A stretch of 64,000 bases of DNA, from positions 101,879 through 165,878 of the forward strand of contig JBFMAK010000003.1 in assembly GCA_040755695.1 (NCBI GenBank), read 5' to 3'. Of this stretch, positions 8,388 through 17,123 are shown piece by piece. Numbering within the stretch: the stretch's first letter is position 1; each line of letters opens with the position of its first letter. Under the pieces are notes generated by a model. It did no database searches, was not told where the DNA came from, and saw nothing but the letters and a program-made list of their open reading frames with translations. A program made the translations under genes and the position numbers. This DNA is from Candidatus Iainarchaeum sp. (GTDB lineage: Archaea > Iainarchaeota > Iainarchaeia > Iainarchaeales > 1-14-0-10-31-34).

Positions 8388-10622
8388 TTGAACAAAGTCT
8401 TCCTTGCACTATGCATTCTAACACTAACCCAATTAATAGGCACTGCAAGCGCCTTAAGCGTAACAATATCAATTAATTCAGGCGCACAATACACAAACAA
8501 CAACACAGTAACTTTAACCCTAACATCAGACGATCAAAGCGTAAACTGCGATTACGCAAACGACTCAAATTCAAATTACAGCGGAAGCCCAACGCCCTTC
8601 ACTGCAACAAAAAGCTGGACATTAAGCGCAGGAGACGGCGCAAAAACTGTTTATTATAAATGCACTGATGTGAACTTAAACACAGCAGAAGCAAACAATT
8701 CAATAACACTGGACACAAGCGCTCCAACAGTGAATATTTTGCAGCCAAATGGAGCTACAACCTCAAACACTGTGTCCTTTGACTTGAACGAAACAGGAAG
8801 CGAAATAAACTTAAGCACAGTAACAGTGCTGCTCAACGGAGCAGAATCATCCTTCAATTCCTCAAACTGCACCTTAGACGGAGGGCTTAACTACCACTGC
8901 TCTTACACCGAAACAAAAATAGACAAAAACGGAAATTACACAATTGACGTTAATGCCCAAGACAACGCAGGAAATTTGGGCACTGCAACATCCACTTTCA
9001 CTTACACTGACTCAACTCCTCCAAGTGCTCCCACAAATTTTACTGCAACAGGGGGACACCTTCAAATAAGCCTTAATTGGACTGCAAACACTGAATACGA
9101 CCTAAACGGATACAATATTTATTTCAGTACAACACAAAACTTTGACACTAATGCTCAAACACTTTTGATTTTTACAACCTCAAACTCTTATCCCCACATA
9201 TACCTTCAGGCAAGCACAACATACTACTACAAAATAAAAGCAAAAGACAAGACAGGCAATGAATCAACAGCAAGCAATGCAAACGCAACAACAAATGCTC
9301 CTGATGGAACGGCCCCAACAACAGCCTATTCAGGGCCTGATGACGCATGGCATAATTCAAATGCAAGCATCACATTAACATGCAGCGACACAGGAGGAGC
9401 AGGATGCAAATTAATCAGCTACAGAATTAATTCAGGTTCATGGAATTATGTAAGCGGCCCAAGCTCGGCCTTCACCATAAGCAATGAAGCAGACAACCTG
9501 CTTGAATTCTATTCAACAGACAATTCAGACAACAATGAATCAATGCAATCAAAGCACGTGAAAATAGACAAGACAGTTCCAAAGCCTTCACTTACAGCAA
9601 CAGGCTACAGCTCAAGAATAGAATTAACCTGGAGCGCTATAACGGACTCCCTTTCAGGGTTAAAAGAATATTTCGTGAAAAAGAATGATGAGGCATGGAT
9701 AAGCAATGCCAGAAGCACAACATACAATTTTGCTGGCTTAACAAACGGCACATTGTACAACTTCAAATTAAAGGTTGTAGACAACGCAGGAAATGAAACA
9801 GAAAGCGACCCTGTCTCTGCAACGCCAACTTCATCCTCAACTTCAGGCAGTTCAGGCGGGGGCTCAAGCGATACAACTGCCCCTAATTTAAGCTGGACCT
9901 TCCCAGCAGACGCAAACTATGAATTGAAAGATTATAATATTACATTAAAAGTCAATGCATCAGACTATGACAGCGGGCTAGCAATAATAATTTTATCATA
10001 CAGGAAGACAGACCAGAACACTTACACTAGAATCACAAATATTACTGAGCCAACAAACGGAACAAACTCCTATAAATGGGAGCTTTCCTCAGACATGAAT
10101 TCAGGAACACACGAATTAAAGGCCGTAGCAAGAGACGAGGCAGGAAACATTGCAACAAAAACAATTACAATAAAAATTACTTTGCCAGCAGCAGTAAATC
10201 CAGCAAAGCCAGCAGACCAAAATAAGGTTGAAGACAAAAACAAGACAACAGGAACAGAAGACAAAAATAAAAGCAAAGAAACAGTAGGCACAGCAGTGGG
10301 AACAGAAAACCAGCTTGAAGGCACTGCAGGGAAAGGAGAAGAAACAACAAATCCCTTCACAGGCCTTGCTTCAGGATTAATGAAAAACATAATCCCAGTA
10401 ATTGGAATAATTGTAGTGCTTGTAGTAATAGCATTCGTTGCAGTAAAAGCAAAGAACAGGGTAGGGCGCCTTGGAAGGGACGACTTGGTCGGAGTCAATG
10501 CAAGAATAGAAACAGGATTTCATGGAATAAGCTCAAAGCCAAGCCCGCCAGGAAGCAAGACATTAGAAATAATCAAGAGAGAAATAGAGGCAGAGCACAC
10601 AGGAAAATTCGCAAGAAAATAA
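8388..10622 (+). CDS. Secreted cell-surface protein with FN3/Ig-like repeats, N-glycosylation sequons and a C-terminal TM anchor
   Basis: Signal peptide MNKVFLALCILTLTQLIGTASALS. The protein is Thr/Ser/Asn-rich, with repeated DNAGN-type Ig-like motifs and an FN3-like segment. A TM helix (IIPVIGIIVVLVVIAFVAV) lies near the C-terminus. Confidence 0.7.
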   Translation: MNKVFLALCILTLTQLIGTASALSVTISINSGAQYTNNNTVTLTLTSDDQSVNCDYANDSNSNYSGSPTPFTATKSWTLSAGDGAKTVYYKCTDVNLNTAEANNSITLDTSAPTVNILQPNGATTSNTVSFDLNETGSEINLSTVTVLLNGAESSFNSSNCTLDGGLNYHCSYTETKIDKNGNYTIDVNAQDNAGNLGTATSTFTYTDSTPPSAPTNFTATGGHLQISLNWTANTEYDLNGYNIYFSTTQNFDTNAQTLLIFTTSNSYPHIYLQASTTYYYKIKAKDKTGNESTASNANATTNAPDGTAPTTAYSGPDDAWHNSNASITLTCSDTGGAGCKLISYRINSGSWNYVSGPSSAFTISNEADNLLEFYSTDNSDNNESMQSKHVKIDKTVPKPSLTATGYSSRIELTWSAITDSLSGLKEYFVKKNDEAWISNARSTTYNFAGLTNGTLYNFKLKVVDNAGNETESDPVSATPTSSSTSGSSGGGSSDTTAPNLSWTFPADANYELKDYNITLKVNASDYDSGLAIIILSYRKTDQNTYTRITNITEPTNGTNSYKWELSSDMNSGTHELKAVARDEAGNIATKTITIKITLPAAVNPAKPADQNKVEDKNKTTGTEDKNKSKETVGTAVGTENQLEGTAGKGEETTNPFTGLASGLMKNIIPVIGIIVVLVVIAFVAVKAKNRVGRLGRDDLVGVNARIETGFHGISSKPSPPGSKTLEIIKREIEAEHTGKFARK

Positions 10623-10652
10623 TTTTAATTAAAGCCCCTAATTTTATAGAAA

Positions 10653-10985
10653 TTATTTTTTAATGAAAGGCCTGAAAAAAATTATGTCTACCACTTCATC
10701 CTTTTTCATTTTCCTTATTCTGACCCAATAAACAATCAAGCCAATTATAATCAGGAAAAGCAGTGTGCCAAAAACTGAAGTGAAGTCAATTGGAATTGAA
10801 AGCAGAAGGTTTTCAATTAATATAAGCAAGGGAAGAAAGGCAATCGAGAAAACCATAGAGAAAGTGAACCTTTCAATTTCGTCTATTTCATTTTTCTTTG
10901 GAAAAAAAGCCAAGGAAAGGAAATAGCCAGGAATTGTAAGAACCAAAGCCAGAGAAATCAGTGGAATAATTAAATCATAAAGCAT
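10653..10985 (-). CDS. Small hypothetical membrane protein
   Basis: 110 aa with three predicted TM helices. No recognisable family. Confidence 0.4.
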   Translation of the reverse strand: MLYDLIIPLISLALVLTIPGYFLSLAFFPKKNEIDEIERFTFSMVFSIAFLPLLILIENLLLSIPIDFTSVFGTLLFLIIIGLIVYWVRIRKMKKDEVVDIIFFRPFIKK

Positions 10986-11061
10986 ACAATATTTTTTTGA
11001 AGCAAAAAGAATATTAAAAGAAACGCTTAAATTATTAACAGGAAAAAATTAAGGTGCAGGA

Positions 11062-13833
11062 ATGGCTTTGAATGCAATAACAATTATAGGCGCAGGACCT
11101 GTTGGGTTAAAGACAGCAATAGAGTTAAAGAAGGAAGGCTGGGACCCAAAAGTAATAGAAGAACACACTGAAATTGGGGTTCCAGAAAACTGTTCAGGCC
11201 TCATAAGCGTTTCAGGAGTAAAAGAAACAAAATTAGACGTAGAAGACATTACAGTCAACAAAGTCAAAGGCGCAATAATCAAAGCGCCTAATGGAATTGA
11301 ATTAAAAATAGAGAGAAGCAGACCAGTGGCATATGTTATAGAAAGAAAGAAGTTAGACAAAAAGTTTTATGCCGAAGCCCTCAAAAAAGGAATTGAGGTA
11401 AGGACAGAGACAAGGCTCATAGACCTAAGGAAAGACACCTTATTCCTGCAGTTCAGGCAGAGAGGCGAAATGATGAAAACAGAGCTTCTCATAGGAGCAG
11501 ACGGCGTGAACTCAAAAATAAGAAAATTAATGAATTTAGGCGCGAACCCAGAGCACTTTGTCCTCACAACGCAAGTGAGAGCAAAAGGCTCATTCAACAA
11601 AGACTTCGTGGAATTAAGTTTTGGAGAACAGTACAAAGGATTCTTTGCGTGGACAATTCCAGAGAGCAGTACAACAGCAAGGATTGGGGTTGGAGTAAAG
11701 CCAGGCATGAACCCAAAAACTGCCCTTCAGAAATACATGAATGGAATGAAAGTAGAAGTATTAAGCGAAAGCTCTTCACTGATTCCAATAGGAAAGCCCC
11801 TGAGAGAAATTTCAACAGAAAAAATTCTTTTACTGGGAGACGCTGCCTTTCAAACAAAAGCAACAAGCATTGACTATGAAGAGCCAATAATAATATTAGA
11901 AAACGGTCTGATTAAGACTGTTAGGATAGGAGAATTAATAAATAATGAAATGAAAAAAAACGAGAACAATATAAAAACTATCACTGGAAGCCCTGAAATA
12001 AAGCTATTGGAACTAAAAAAAGAAATTAATTCTTTTTCTCCAATGAAAAATGGCTCAGAACCCAAATTTAGAAAAATAGCAAACATTCTAAAACATTCAA
12101 TAAAAGAAGACTTGTATGAAATTATTCTCGAAAAAGGCTATAGAATAAAAGCAACTGAATCACACAGCATAATTACTTTGGGGCAAAAACAACTTGAAGA
12201 AAAGAAGGTTTCAGAACTAAAAGCAAACAAAGACCATTTATTAATGTGCACACGCCTGCCAAACAATGAAATACTAAAAGAAATAAACATCATTGAATTT
12301 ATTTTAAGAGAAAAACCAGAATTAATCCCCTTAATTAGAGTTAAAGGGGGAAGAAAATACATTTTTTCAAAACAAAGTGAAGTACCCAAAAATTTGTTGA
12401 CAGCTTACTGGTATGAAGATTCAATTCCATTAAAAGTTTTTGTTGAAAAAGGTATAATACCAAAAGATGCAAGAATAAGTTACTTAAAATCAGGTTTAAA
12501 AATAAAAAACGGGCTTCAAATCACGCCGGAATTATGTAGGCTGTTAGGGTATTATGTTGCAGAAGGCAGTTGTAAAAAAGGAAAAAATATTAGTTTGACT
12601 TTCGGCAAACAAGATATTGAGAACGGAATAGTAGAAGACACAATTAAATGTATTCAATATGTTTTTGAATTTAAACCAACAAAATATCAGTACAAAAAAA
12701 ACCCTTTAACCAAAAAGATTTCAGCTGTAACAATAACCTTTGGTGGTTCATTACTTTCAGAACTTTTCTCTAATATTTTGAAAGGCGGAAGAAGCGCCAA
12801 AACAAAAGAAGTACCTTTCATTATTTTTAATGTGCTAGAACACCTTAAAATTGAATTCTTAAAGGGTTATCTCAACGGCGATGGAACAATAAGAATAAGA
12901 GAATCAAGTAAAAGAAAGAACTGGAATGCAGAAATTTCTTGCAAGACGGTAAGCAGAAAACTTGCAAGTGACTTAATAACCCTTTCTCTTCAGATGGGAA
13001 TGCTTCCAAGTATAGAAGAGTTTTCTGCTAAAGAAAGAAAAATCTATGGCAAAAAAATTGTTGAAAGCAATGGTTACAAAGTGGCTTTCTCAAAAAAAGA
13101 GGACTTACTGAGACTTTCAGAAGTTTTCCCAAAAAAAACAAGTGAGTTAATTGGTTTTCTTAATGAAATTAAATCAAAATCAACTTCGGGCATACCAAAA
13201 GAATATTTTGCCTTCACTTCAAACCAAAAATATGCTACAGAACTAATAGAAGAATTTGGGCCATCAATATATACAGCTTACAATAAACTTGATTCTAAAA
13301 GAGTTTCCTTTGCAATGCAAAAAATGATAACAAAAAACGAAAGAATTCAATTAATACAAAATTTAATTCAATCAAATATTGCAGTATTTAAAATAAAAGA
13401 AATAAGAAAAGTTAAACCAACCAATAACGAAGTTTTTGATGTTCACATCCCAGAAACAAACATGTTTGTTGGAGGGCTTGGAGCAATACTCCTTCATAAT
13501 ACAGGCGGGGGCATTATTACAGGAATGATGGCAGCAGAAGCAGCAGTAAAGACAATAAGCAATTACTACAAGAAAAAAAAGCCTTTAACTGAATACAGCA
13601 AACACTTAAGCCATTTAAACAAGGAATTAGAATTGCACTGGAGGATAAGAAAATACTTGAATTCACTGAACGACAAGCAATTGAACGAACTGTTCATCAA
13701 ACTAAAGAAAGCAAGAATTGAAGAATTCCTTGCAGAGCACGGCGACATGGACAGGCCCTCAAAATTCATGGGCAAAATCCTTACAACCCCAAGGCTGTGG
13801 AGCCTGGCACCATTAGCATTAAAGCTCAGGTGA
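11062..13833 (+). CDS. Geranylgeranyl reductase (FAD-dependent, archaeal lipid saturation) interrupted by an intein
   Basis: IIGAGPVG FAD dinucleotide motif and ELLIGADGVNSKIR motif. The GGR signature GDAAxxxxPxTGGGI is split as GDAAFQTKAT | intein | TGGGI. Confidence 0.85.
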   Translation: MALNAITIIGAGPVGLKTAIELKKEGWDPKVIEEHTEIGVPENCSGLISVSGVKETKLDVEDITVNKVKGAIIKAPNGIELKIERSRPVAYVIERKKLDKKFYAEALKKGIEVRTETRLIDLRKDTLFLQFRQRGEMMKTELLIGADGVNSKIRKLMNLGANPEHFVLTTQVRAKGSFNKDFVELSFGEQYKGFFAWTIPESSTTARIGVGVKPGMNPKTALQKYMNGMKVEVLSESSSLIPIGKPLREISTEKILLLGDAAFQTKATSIDYEEPIIILENGLIKTVRIGELINNEMKKNENNIKTITGSPEIKLLELKKEINSFSPMKNGSEPKFRKIANILKHSIKEDLYEIILEKGYRIKATESHSIITLGQKQLEEKKVSELKANKDHLLMCTRLPNNEILKEINIIEFILREKPELIPLIRVKGGRKYIFSKQSEVPKNLLTAYWYEDSIPLKVFVEKGIIPKDARISYLKSGLKIKNGLQITPELCRLLGYYVAEGSCKKGKNISLTFGKQDIENGIVEDTIKCIQYVFEFKPTKYQYKKNPLTKKISAVTITFGGSLLSELFSNILKGGRSAKTKEVPFIIFNVLEHLKIEFLKGYLNGDGTIRIRESSKRKNWNAEISCKTVSRKLASDLITLSLQMGMLPSIEEFSAKERKIYGKKIVESNGYKVAFSKKEDLLRLSEVFPKKTSELIGFLNEIKSKSTSGIPKEYFAFTSNQKYATELIEEFGPSIYTAYNKLDSKRVSFAMQKMITKNERIQLIQNLIQSNIAVFKIKEIRKVKPTNNEVFDVHIPETNMFVGGLGAILLHNTGGGIITGMMAAEAAVKTISNYYKKKKPLTEYSKHLSHLNKELELHWRIRKYLNSLNDKQLNELFIKLKKARIEEFLAEHGDMDRPSKFMGKILTTPRLWSLAPLALKLR
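11866..13500 (+). other. Intein (545 aa) with LAGLIDADG homing-endonuclease domain, inserted in GGR
   Basis: Starts with Ser (SIDYEE...). Block B TESHSIIT, LAGLIDADG blocks LLGYYVAEGS and LKGYLNGDGT, and terminal ...VFDVHIPETNMFVGGLGAILLHN followed by +1 Thr (TGGGI). Confidence 0.8.
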
Positions 13834-13861
13834 AAAAGGAAATTTTTTAGTTACTTACAAT

Positions 13862-13945
13862 TGAATTTGCAGAGCAAATTCCTTTTTTTCTTTTAGTTAA
13901 ATTTTTCAAGCTTTGCTTGAAAATTTTCAAAGCCCTGCTTTGAAA
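13862..13945. terminator. Three consecutive hairpins plus T-runs between convergent GGR and tRNA genes
   Basis: gaatttgc-agag-gcaaattc followed by cttttttt; ttttcaagc-ttt-gcttgaaaa; tttcaaagc-cct-gctttgaaa followed by tattttctttttt. Confidence 0.4.
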
Positions 13946-13974
13946 TATTTTCTTTTTTGTAAAAAGAAAAAGTT

Positions 13975-14070
13975 AGCCCCGAGGAAATTTGAATCTGCGG
14001 ATTCAAAAACCTCGTGTCTGATAGCCCCGAGGAAATTTGAATCTGCGGATTCAAAAACCTCGTGTCTGAT
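13975..14070. repeat. Two tandem 48-bp direct repeats, each carrying a degenerate copy of the tRNA-Gln 3' end
   Basis: agccccgaggaaatttgaatctgcggattcaaaaacctcgtgtctgat occurs at 13975-14022 and 14023-14070. Its reverse complement ends ...TTCAAATTTCCTCGGGGCT, versus ...GTTCGAATCTCCTCGGGGCT in the tRNA. Confidence 0.8.
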
Positions 14071-14142
14071 AGCCCCGAGGAGATTCGAACTCCTGTCATC
14101 TCCTCCAGAGGGAGACATCCTTGACCGCTAGACTACGGGGCT
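14070..14142 (-). tRNA. tRNA-Gln (anticodon CUG)
   Basis: Minus-strand sequence AGCCCCG-TA-GTCT-AGCGGTCAA-GGAT-G-TCTCC-CTCTGGA-GGAGA-TGAC-AGGAG-TTCGAAT-CTCCT-CGGGGCT-A folds as a cloverleaf with all four stems paired. Anticodon loop is CT-CTG-GA. A1:U72 is typical of archaeal tRNA-Gln. CCA is not encoded. Confidence 0.85.
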
Positions 14143-14217
14143 GGATTAAAACAAATTAGTGGAAATAAAATTAAAAATTGTTGTTTAAGAAACACTGAAT
14201 AAATTAGTGACTAAATG

Positions 14218-14694
14218 TTAAGTGACAACGCATATGGCTCCATTTTTTTGTTTGTCACTGAATACTTGATTAGGCGTAAAATATTTAAGGCTTGAGTGCG
14301 GAGTGTTGTTGTACTCGCGCTGGAAGCGCGAGAGTAAGCGGTTAGCGTGTTTGAGGTTTTGAACCTCGAACTCATTCAAGAATCGTTTTATTTTTTTGAT
14401 GACTGCTTCTGCTTTTCCGTTGCATTTGGGATTGTGAATGCGTGTGTGAATGTGTTTGATGCCTAATAGACTGGCATCAAAGTTTTTGTGGTATTGTCTA
14501 CCATTGTCAGATAACAAGGCTTTGAATCCCCCCGTTTCTCGGATTGCTTGTTGTAGGTTGTCTATTGTGTTTGCAAGCGTTGCATGAGAATATGCTTGCA
14601 GTGCAAACAGTTTTCTGGATGCATCATCTTCATAGAATGAGAAGCAACAGTGTACTCCATCCAAAATGCGTTTTCTGCCCCAATCCGTATGCAT
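14218..14694 (-). CDS. Transposase C-terminal part (integrase core rve domain, DDE)
   Basis: HTDWG ... LLSDNGRQY ... NPKCNGKAEAVIKK match the D, D, E regions of rve transposases. The reading frame probably continues upstream of the first Met. Confidence 0.65.
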   Translation of the reverse strand: MHTDWGRKRILDGVHCCFSFYEDDASRKLFALQAYSHATLANTIDNLQQAIRETGGFKALLSDNGRQYHKNFDASLLGIKHIHTRIHNPKCNGKAEAVIKKIKRFLNEFEVQNLKHANRLLSRFQREYNNTPHSSLKYFTPNQVFSDKQKNGAICVVT

Positions 14695-14778
14695 TAATGA
14701 TAAAGCGTGCCTGCGCTCGTAACGCTTGCATTTTGTCTTTGGTTTGGGTTTTGGAGGAAACCAACGCTTCTTATAGCG

Positions 14779-15111
14779 TTATACTGTCCTCAAGCAAACC
14801 TTTCCCAAAGCTATCCATGCAAGCGTGCTGGACTTTCCTTGCACCAGCAAGGCTCTTAACCTGTTCAAGACAGGTTGCACTGTTTTGTTCCAGATTCTTT
14901 TGGCCTTTCTCTTAAACCTGATTGGTTGACCAGACAATGTGCGGTTCAACCAACGCGAAAGAGTCTTTCGCGGAATCCGCAAGACTCTATCTAACTCTCT
15001 CTGGCTAACCTGGCCAGAAACAAGTCTGGCGACTGCTTTTTCAACAATATCATTGCTATATTTTATAGTGGGAACCTCCATTCCGTTACTCAAAAAATGG
15101 AGTTCCCACAA
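14779..15111 (-). CDS. Transposase N-terminal HTH part (orfA)
   Basis: VSQRELDRVLRIPRKTLSRWLNR is a helix-turn-helix. It is in a different frame from the rve ORF, so a frameshift, programmed or pseudogenising, is implied. Confidence 0.5.
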   Translation of the reverse strand: MWELHFLSNGMEVPTIKYSNDIVEKAVARLVSGQVSQRELDRVLRIPRKTLSRWLNRTLSGQPIRFKRKAKRIWNKTVQPVLNRLRALLVQGKSSTLAWIALGKVCLRTV

Positions 15112-15222
15112 CTTTAAAACCCGCGTCTTAAAGTGGGGGCATATCCGCTGTCATGCAACAACTAAAGAGATTTATTAATAATTTGCTATCAATATAATTT
15201 AACAAGTGTAAAAAGGCTGTTT

Positions 15223-15681
15223 ATGGATAAATCAAAAATTGATGAACTTATACGCAAGGCAGGGTATGAGATTAAAGTAGACAAAATACCAGAAGGATAT
15301 ACGCCCGGAATTATTATTAGAATTCAAAAAGGAAAAACCCATGCTTTTATTGATATTCATATTGAAAATAATAAGGCGTATTTTGGAAAACTCCACATAG
15401 GAAATGTAGAAAAAGGAGTGTGGCACAAGCCTGGGCATATATCAGCTGCAAAAGCTATTGATCTCATGCTCTATACAACAGAAAGAGAACTAAAAAAAGA
15501 ACGGGTTAAAATAATTCAAGGATGGCCTGGCCCACAGCTTGAGAGATTGTTAAGGAGAAGAGGTTACAATTTAAAAAAACAAGAGTATTATGGTTTTGAT
15601 ATAAAAAAAAGGATTGGAAGAAAAAATCCGCTTCCACTTATATTACAGAGCAAAGTTAAAAAAGCGATTAAAAAAATTTAA
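15223..15681 (+). CDS. Hypothetical basic protein
   Basis: 152 aa, Lys/Arg-rich, no recognised family. Lies immediately beside the IS. Confidence 0.4.
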   Translation: MDKSKIDELIRKAGYEIKVDKIPEGYTPGIIIRIQKGKTHAFIDIHIENNKAYFGKLHIGNVEKGVWHKPGHISAAKAIDLMLYTTERELKKERVKIIQGWPGPQLERLLRRRGYNLKKQEYYGFDIKKRIGRKNPLPLILQSKVKKAIKKI

Positions 15682-15713
15682 TAATTAATTAATTCTCCGA
15701 AAATTTAGGTTTT

Positions 15714-16418
15714 TTATTTGCCGAACCTTCTCTGCCTGTCGTTGAATTCGTTTATTGCTGTCGCCAAGTCTTCTTCCGAGAATTCAGGCCAGTATTTTTC
15801 AATGAAGTAGAGTTCAGAGTAAGAGGACTGGTATGTCAGGAAACCGCTCAATCTTTTCGTGCCTGATGTTCTTATTATGAGGTCAGGGTCAGGGAAAGCC
15901 GAATAAAGATAGTTCTTGAATTTTTTTTCTGTGAGCGAAGCCAGGCTGATTGCGTTGTGCTTGAAGTCCCAGGCAAGCCTTTTTGCTGCGTCAATTATTT
16001 CTGCCTGGCCGTTGTAGCCTAAAGCCATGTTGATTACCTTCTTCCTGTAGTTTTCAGTGAACTCTTCTGCCCTCCTCATTTTATTCTGGAGTTTCTGCGG
16101 CAAGAGATGAGTCCTTCCAATGAACTTCAATCTTAACTGGTTTGCAGTGAACTTGTTTGTGCTCCACACCTTGTCTAATTCTTTCTCGAAGATCTTGAAC
16201 AAAATTTTTAGTTCAGCTTTATTTCTCTGCAAATTCTCCAGTGAAAGCGTGTAAAAAGTGCCTGCCTTGATTTTAGGGTAAGAATTAAGCCAGTCTAATA
16301 CATGCCATGCTTTTTCTGTTCCCATCCTGTAGGATTCAAGTAATGAAACTCCGGCCTTGATTGCGTAACGCCTGTTTCCGTCAGGAATAAAAGCAATAGA
16401 CTTCAATTGCATTAGCAC
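15714..16418 (-). CDS. uppS: Undecaprenyl/polyprenyl diphosphate synthase (cis-prenyltransferase)
   Basis: IPDGNRRYA, DLIIRTSGTKRLSGFL, YSELYF and WPEF ... RRFG signatures. Confidence 0.85.
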   Translation of the reverse strand: MLMQLKSIAFIPDGNRRYAIKAGVSLLESYRMGTEKAWHVLDWLNSYPKIKAGTFYTLSLENLQRNKAELKILFKIFEKELDKVWSTNKFTANQLRLKFIGRTHLLPQKLQNKMRRAEEFTENYRKKVINMALGYNGQAEIIDAAKRLAWDFKHNAISLASLTEKKFKNYLYSAFPDPDLIIRTSGTKRLSGFLTYQSSYSELYFIEKYWPEFSEEDLATAINEFNDRQRRFGK

Positions 16419-16537
16419 ACCAATTATTGTCCTTTTTTATTTATTTTTGCAGCTAAAAATATTTAAAATCAATTATAATCATACTATTTACATTAATTTA
16501 AACCTATGCCTTTAAATGCTTTAAAAACCAATTTTTA

Positions 16538-16738
16538 ATGGTGCAGGAAATGAAGGAAGAAATCAGGTTCATTAAGGCCCAGGAACTGATTCAGGGAATG
16601 CTTGAAAGAACAGAAAAAGAAATAATTGAATTAAAGGAAACAAGAATCAGGGAAGGCCAGGCGTCAAACCCGACAGAAAAGGCAAGAGCAAAAATAGAGG
16701 AACTTCTCGTGCCATCAATTGAGTCCTTGAGAGAATAA
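16538..16738 (+). CDS. Small hypothetical coiled-coil protein
   Basis: 66 aa, Glu/Lys-rich helical. Weak call. Confidence 0.3.
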   Translation: MVQEMKEEIRFIKAQELIQGMLERTEKEIIELKETRIREGQASNPTEKARAKIEELLVPSIESLRE

Positions 16739-16747
16739 AAAAAAGGC

Positions 16748-17116
16748 TTGAAAAGAATGCTTTACAATAAAACCAGAAGAAAAGAGATAATTGGAAGAAT
16801 AAAAAAAGCTGGTTCTTTCTGGGGGAAATTCAAAGGCCTGATGCTCGAAAGAAAAGAGAAGTTCAATTACGGCCTTGTCTTTGATTTCAGGGCAGAGAAG
16901 AGGATTGAGGCAAGCATCCACATGCTCTTTGTCTTCTTCCCAATAGACTTGGTTTACTTGAACAAGGAAAAGAAGGTAATTGAATTAAAACACGGAATAA
17001 AGCCCTGGAGCCTGAACTACACCCCAAAAAGAAAGGCTCATTACCTTATAGAACTGCCTGAAGGCACAATCAAAAAGAAGAAGATTGGCCTGAAAGACGA
17101 ATTGAAATGGAATTGA
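16748..17116 (+). CDS. DUF192-family protein (COG1430-like)
   Basis: Pattern HMLFVFFPIDLVYLNKEKKVIELKHGIKPW ... AHYLIELPEG resembles DUF192. Confidence 0.5.
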   Translation: MKRMLYNKTRRKEIIGRIKKAGSFWGKFKGLMLERKEKFNYGLVFDFRAEKRIEASIHMLFVFFPIDLVYLNKEKKVIELKHGIKPWSLNYTPKRKAHYLIELPEGTIKKKKIGLKDELKWN

Positions 17117-17123
17117 AAAGAAA

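Larger units (their letters stand above)
14216..15160 (-). mobile_element. GC-rich insertion sequence with rve (DDE) transposase, IS3/IS481 superfamily; transposase split in two ORFs
   Basis: Imperfect terminal inverted repeats: tgacaacgcatatggc at 14223-14238 versus the reverse complement of 15138-15153, tgacagcggatatgcc (13/16 match). GC content is visibly higher than in flanking DNA. Confidence 0.6.

Noticed and set aside
13893-14131. Three small ORFs in the track (13893..14099 minus, 13913..14131 plus, 13927..14118 minus) with internally repeated peptide sequence
   Set aside because: They are translations of the tandem 48-bp repeats and the tRNA gene itself. The internal peptide repetition simply mirrors the DNA repeats, so they are not protein-coding.
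13975-14142. Possible CRISPR array
   Set aside because: Only two identical units, directly abutting with no spacers. The unit is homologous to the adjacent tRNA 3' end, and no cas genes are nearby. It is therefore an att-site-like duplication, not CRISPR.
16419-16537. Possible small RNA in the AT-rich intergenic region upstream of uppS
   Set aside because: Only TATA-like AT-rich tracts were seen (aaatatttaaaat, ctttaaatgctttaaaaa). They are consistent with divergent promoters, and no stable stem structure was noticed.
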